Shown here piece after piece: positions 61,701 through 64,000 of a stretch of 64,000 nt of DNA (position 1 is its first letter; every line of letters begins with the position of its first letter). A program made the position numbers and the translations under genes. Source of the DNA: Eledone cirrhosa (lineage: Eukaryota). Under the pieces are notes generated by a model that was not told the DNA's origin, ran no database searches, and saw only the letters and a program-made list of their open reading frames with translations. The DNA is taken from assembly GCA_964016885.1 (NCBI GenBank), contig OZ024744.1, positions 48,112,001-48,176,000 on the forward strand, given 5' to 3'.

Positions 61701-61990
61701 ATCAAGACCAGAACACCAACCACATCACATTAGACTATCAAGACCAGAACACCAACCACATCACATTAGACTATCAAGACCAGAACACCAACCACATTAG
61801 ACTATCAAGACCAGAACACCAACCACATTAGACTATCAAGACCAGAACACCAACCACATTAGACTATCAAGACCAGAACACCAACCACATCACATAAGAC
61901 TATCAAGACCAGAACATAAACCACATCACATTAGACTATCAAGACCAGAACACCAACCACATCACATTAGACTATCAAGACCAGAACACC
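55720..61990 (+). repeat. Tandem duplication of a ~3.1 kb block (copy 1 ~55720-58860; copy 2 ~58860-61990)
   Basis: Markers AGAATATC 55795/58931, GGACAG 56099/59235 and CTAGAT 56984/60120 (offset 3136). GAAAAG 57747/60852 (offset 3105, one 31-bp unit fewer). Confidence 0.92.
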
Positions 61991-64000
61991 AACCACATCA
62001 CATTAGACAATCAAGACCAGAACACTAACCACATTAGACTATCAAGACCAGAACACCAACCACATTAGACTAGCAAGACCAGAACACCAACCACATTAGA
62101 CTATCAAGACCAGAACACCAACCACATTAGACTATCAAGACCAGAACTCCAACCACATTAGACTATCAAGACCAGAACACCAACCACATCACATTAGACT
62201 ATCAAGGCCAGAACACCAACCACATTAGACTATCAAGACCAGAACACCAACAATATCATTTTAGACTATCAAGACCAGAACACCAACCACATTAGACTAT
62301 CAAGACCAGAACACCAACAACATTAGACTATCAAGACCAGAACACCAACCACATCACATTAGACTATCAAGACCAGAACACCAACCACGTTAGACTATCA
62401 AGACCAGAACACCAACCACATCACATTTGACTATCAAGACCAGAACACCAACCACATCACATTAGACTATCAAGACCAGAACACAAACCACATCACATTA
62501 GACTATCAAGACCAGAACACCAACCACATCACATTAGACTATCAAGACCAGAACACCAACCACATTAGACTATCAAGACCAGAACTCCAACCACATTAGA
62601 CTATCAAGAGAAGAACACCAACCACATCACTTTAGACTATCAAGACCAGAACACCAACCACATTAGACTATCAAGACCAGAACTCCAACCACATTAGACT
62701 ATCAAGACCAGAACACCAACAACATTAGACTATCAACACCAGAACACCAACCACATTAGTCTATCAAGACCAGAACTCCAACCACATTAGACTATCAAGA
62801 CCAGAACACCAACCACATTAGACTATCAAGACCAGAACACCAACCACATCACATTTGACTATCAAGACCAGAACACCAACCACATCACATTAGACTATCA
62901 AGACCAGAAAACCAACCACATCACATTAGACTATCAAGACCAGCACACCAACCACATCACATTAGACTATCAAGACCAGAACACCAACCACATTAGACTA
63001 TCAAGACCAGAACAGCAACCACATCACATTAGACTATCAAGACCAGAACACCAACCACATTATACTATCAAGACCAGAACACCAACCACATTAGACTATC
63101 AAGACCAGAACACCAACCACATTAGACTATCAAGACCAGAACACCAACCACATCACATTAGACTATCAAGACCAGAACACCAACCACATTAGACTATCAA
63201 GACCAGAACACCAACCACATTAGACTATCAAGACCAGAACACCAACCACATTAGACTATCAAGACCAGAACACCAACCACATCACATTAGACTATCAAGA
63301 CCAGAACACCAACCACATTAGACTATCAAGACCAGAACACCAACCACATTAGACTATCAAGACCAGAACACCAACCACATCACATTAGACTATCAAGACC
63401 AGAACACCAACCACATTAGACTATCAAGACCAGAACACCAACCACATCAGATTAGACTATCCTGACCAGAACACCAACCACATTAGACAATCAAGAACAG
63501 AACTCCAACCACATTACAATATCAAGACCAGAACACCAACCACATCACATTAGACTATCAAGACCAGAACACCAACCACATCACATTAGACTATCAAGAC
63601 CAGAACACCAAACACATTAGACTATCATGACCAGAACACCAACCACATTAGACTATCAAGACCATAACACCAACCACATCACATCAGACTATCAAGAGCA
63701 GAACACCAACCACATTAGACTATCAAGACCAGAACACCAACCACATTAGACTATCAAGACCAGAACACCAACCACATTAGACTATCAAGACCAGAACACC
63801 AACCACATTAGACTATCAAGACCAGAACACCAACCACATTAGACTATCAAGACCAGAACACCAACCACATTAGACTATCAAGACCAGAACACCAACCACA
63901 TCACATAAGACTATCAAGACCAGAACATAAACCACATCACATTAGACTATCAAGACCAGAACACCAACCACATCACATTAGACTATCAAGACCAGAACAC
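56580..64000 (+). repeat. Return to sub-domain A-type sequence (with a duplicated B-type patch at ~58.9-59.7 kb)
   Basis: Markers from 0.3-2.5 kb (CAACTAGATC, CTATAAAG, TACCATGAC) and from 5.2-7.3 kb (GACTAGC, CACGTTAG, GAGAAG..CACTTTAG, ATTACAAT) reappear in the same order. Confidence 0.8.

Larger units (their letters stand above)
1..64000 (+). repeat. Tandem satellite/minisatellite array of mixed 31-bp (TTAGACTATCAAGACCAGAACACCAACCACA) and 36-bp (same + TCACA) monomers; runs to both window edges
   Basis: Every line contains TTAGACTATCAAGACCAGAACACCAACCACA or a variant with 1-4 substitutions. Units are joined as ...CCACA-TTAG... or ...CCACATCACA-TTAG.... I saw no spacer, no unique sequence and no inverted unit. 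Confidence 0.99.

Noticed and set aside
1-64000. CRISPR array (unit lengths of 31-36 bp resemble CRISPR repeats)
   Set aside because: There are no unique spacers, since units abut directly, and no leader or cas genes are present.
1-64000. Giant repetitive protein gene on either strand
   Set aside because: On the + strand, the frequent 31-bp units rotate the frame into TAG within a few units. On the minus strand, each unit carries TGA/TAG/TAA stops, covering all three frames in L units.
1-64000. Direct telomerase product with template stuttering producing the extra CACAT
   Set aside because: Point variants and S/L order are conserved across kb-scale duplicates, which indicates DNA-level copying or recombination rather than de novo templated addition. 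No canonical TTAGG(G) repeat is present.
1-64000. G-quadruplex or hairpin-forming array
   Set aside because: The minus strand has only spaced GG dinucleotides and no GGG tracts. The monomer has no substantial inverted repeat, and I saw no inverted blocks.
1-64000. Pure sequencing artefact or rolling-circle concatemer of one template
   Set aside because: Nested duplications at many different periods, with shared and private variants, imply a multi-step evolutionary history. Individual near-identical duplications could still be assembly errors.

Overview
The whole 64 kb window is one uninterrupted, head-to-tail tandem-repeat (satellite/minisatellite) array in a single orientation. I found no unique sequence, gene, RNA gene, transposon or CRISPR array. 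It is built from two monomer lengths: a 31-bp unit TTAGACTATCAAGACCAGAACACCAACCACA (S) and a 36-bp unit with one extra TCACA (L; CACAT duplicated), roughly 1,900-2,000 monomers in total (estimated from length). The + strand is strongly A/C-rich (24 of 31 consensus bases). Tracking diagnostic point variants by eye shows a layered structure. (1) Two interleaved sub-domains: GACCAG-dominated 'A' and GAACAG-rich 'B'. (2) A 1,635-bp, 50-monomer higher-order repeat in domain B, made of 552+619+464-bp sub-blocks. (3) Nested segmental duplications at offsets of about 0.2, 0.3, 3.1, 3.9, 4.7, 9.1-9.9, 20.5, 44 and 56-59 kb. The single ORF in the track is a by-product of in-frame 36-bp units. The organism and chromosomal position cannot be determined from this window. 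Offsets were counted by hand from marker positions, and block boundaries are approximate.
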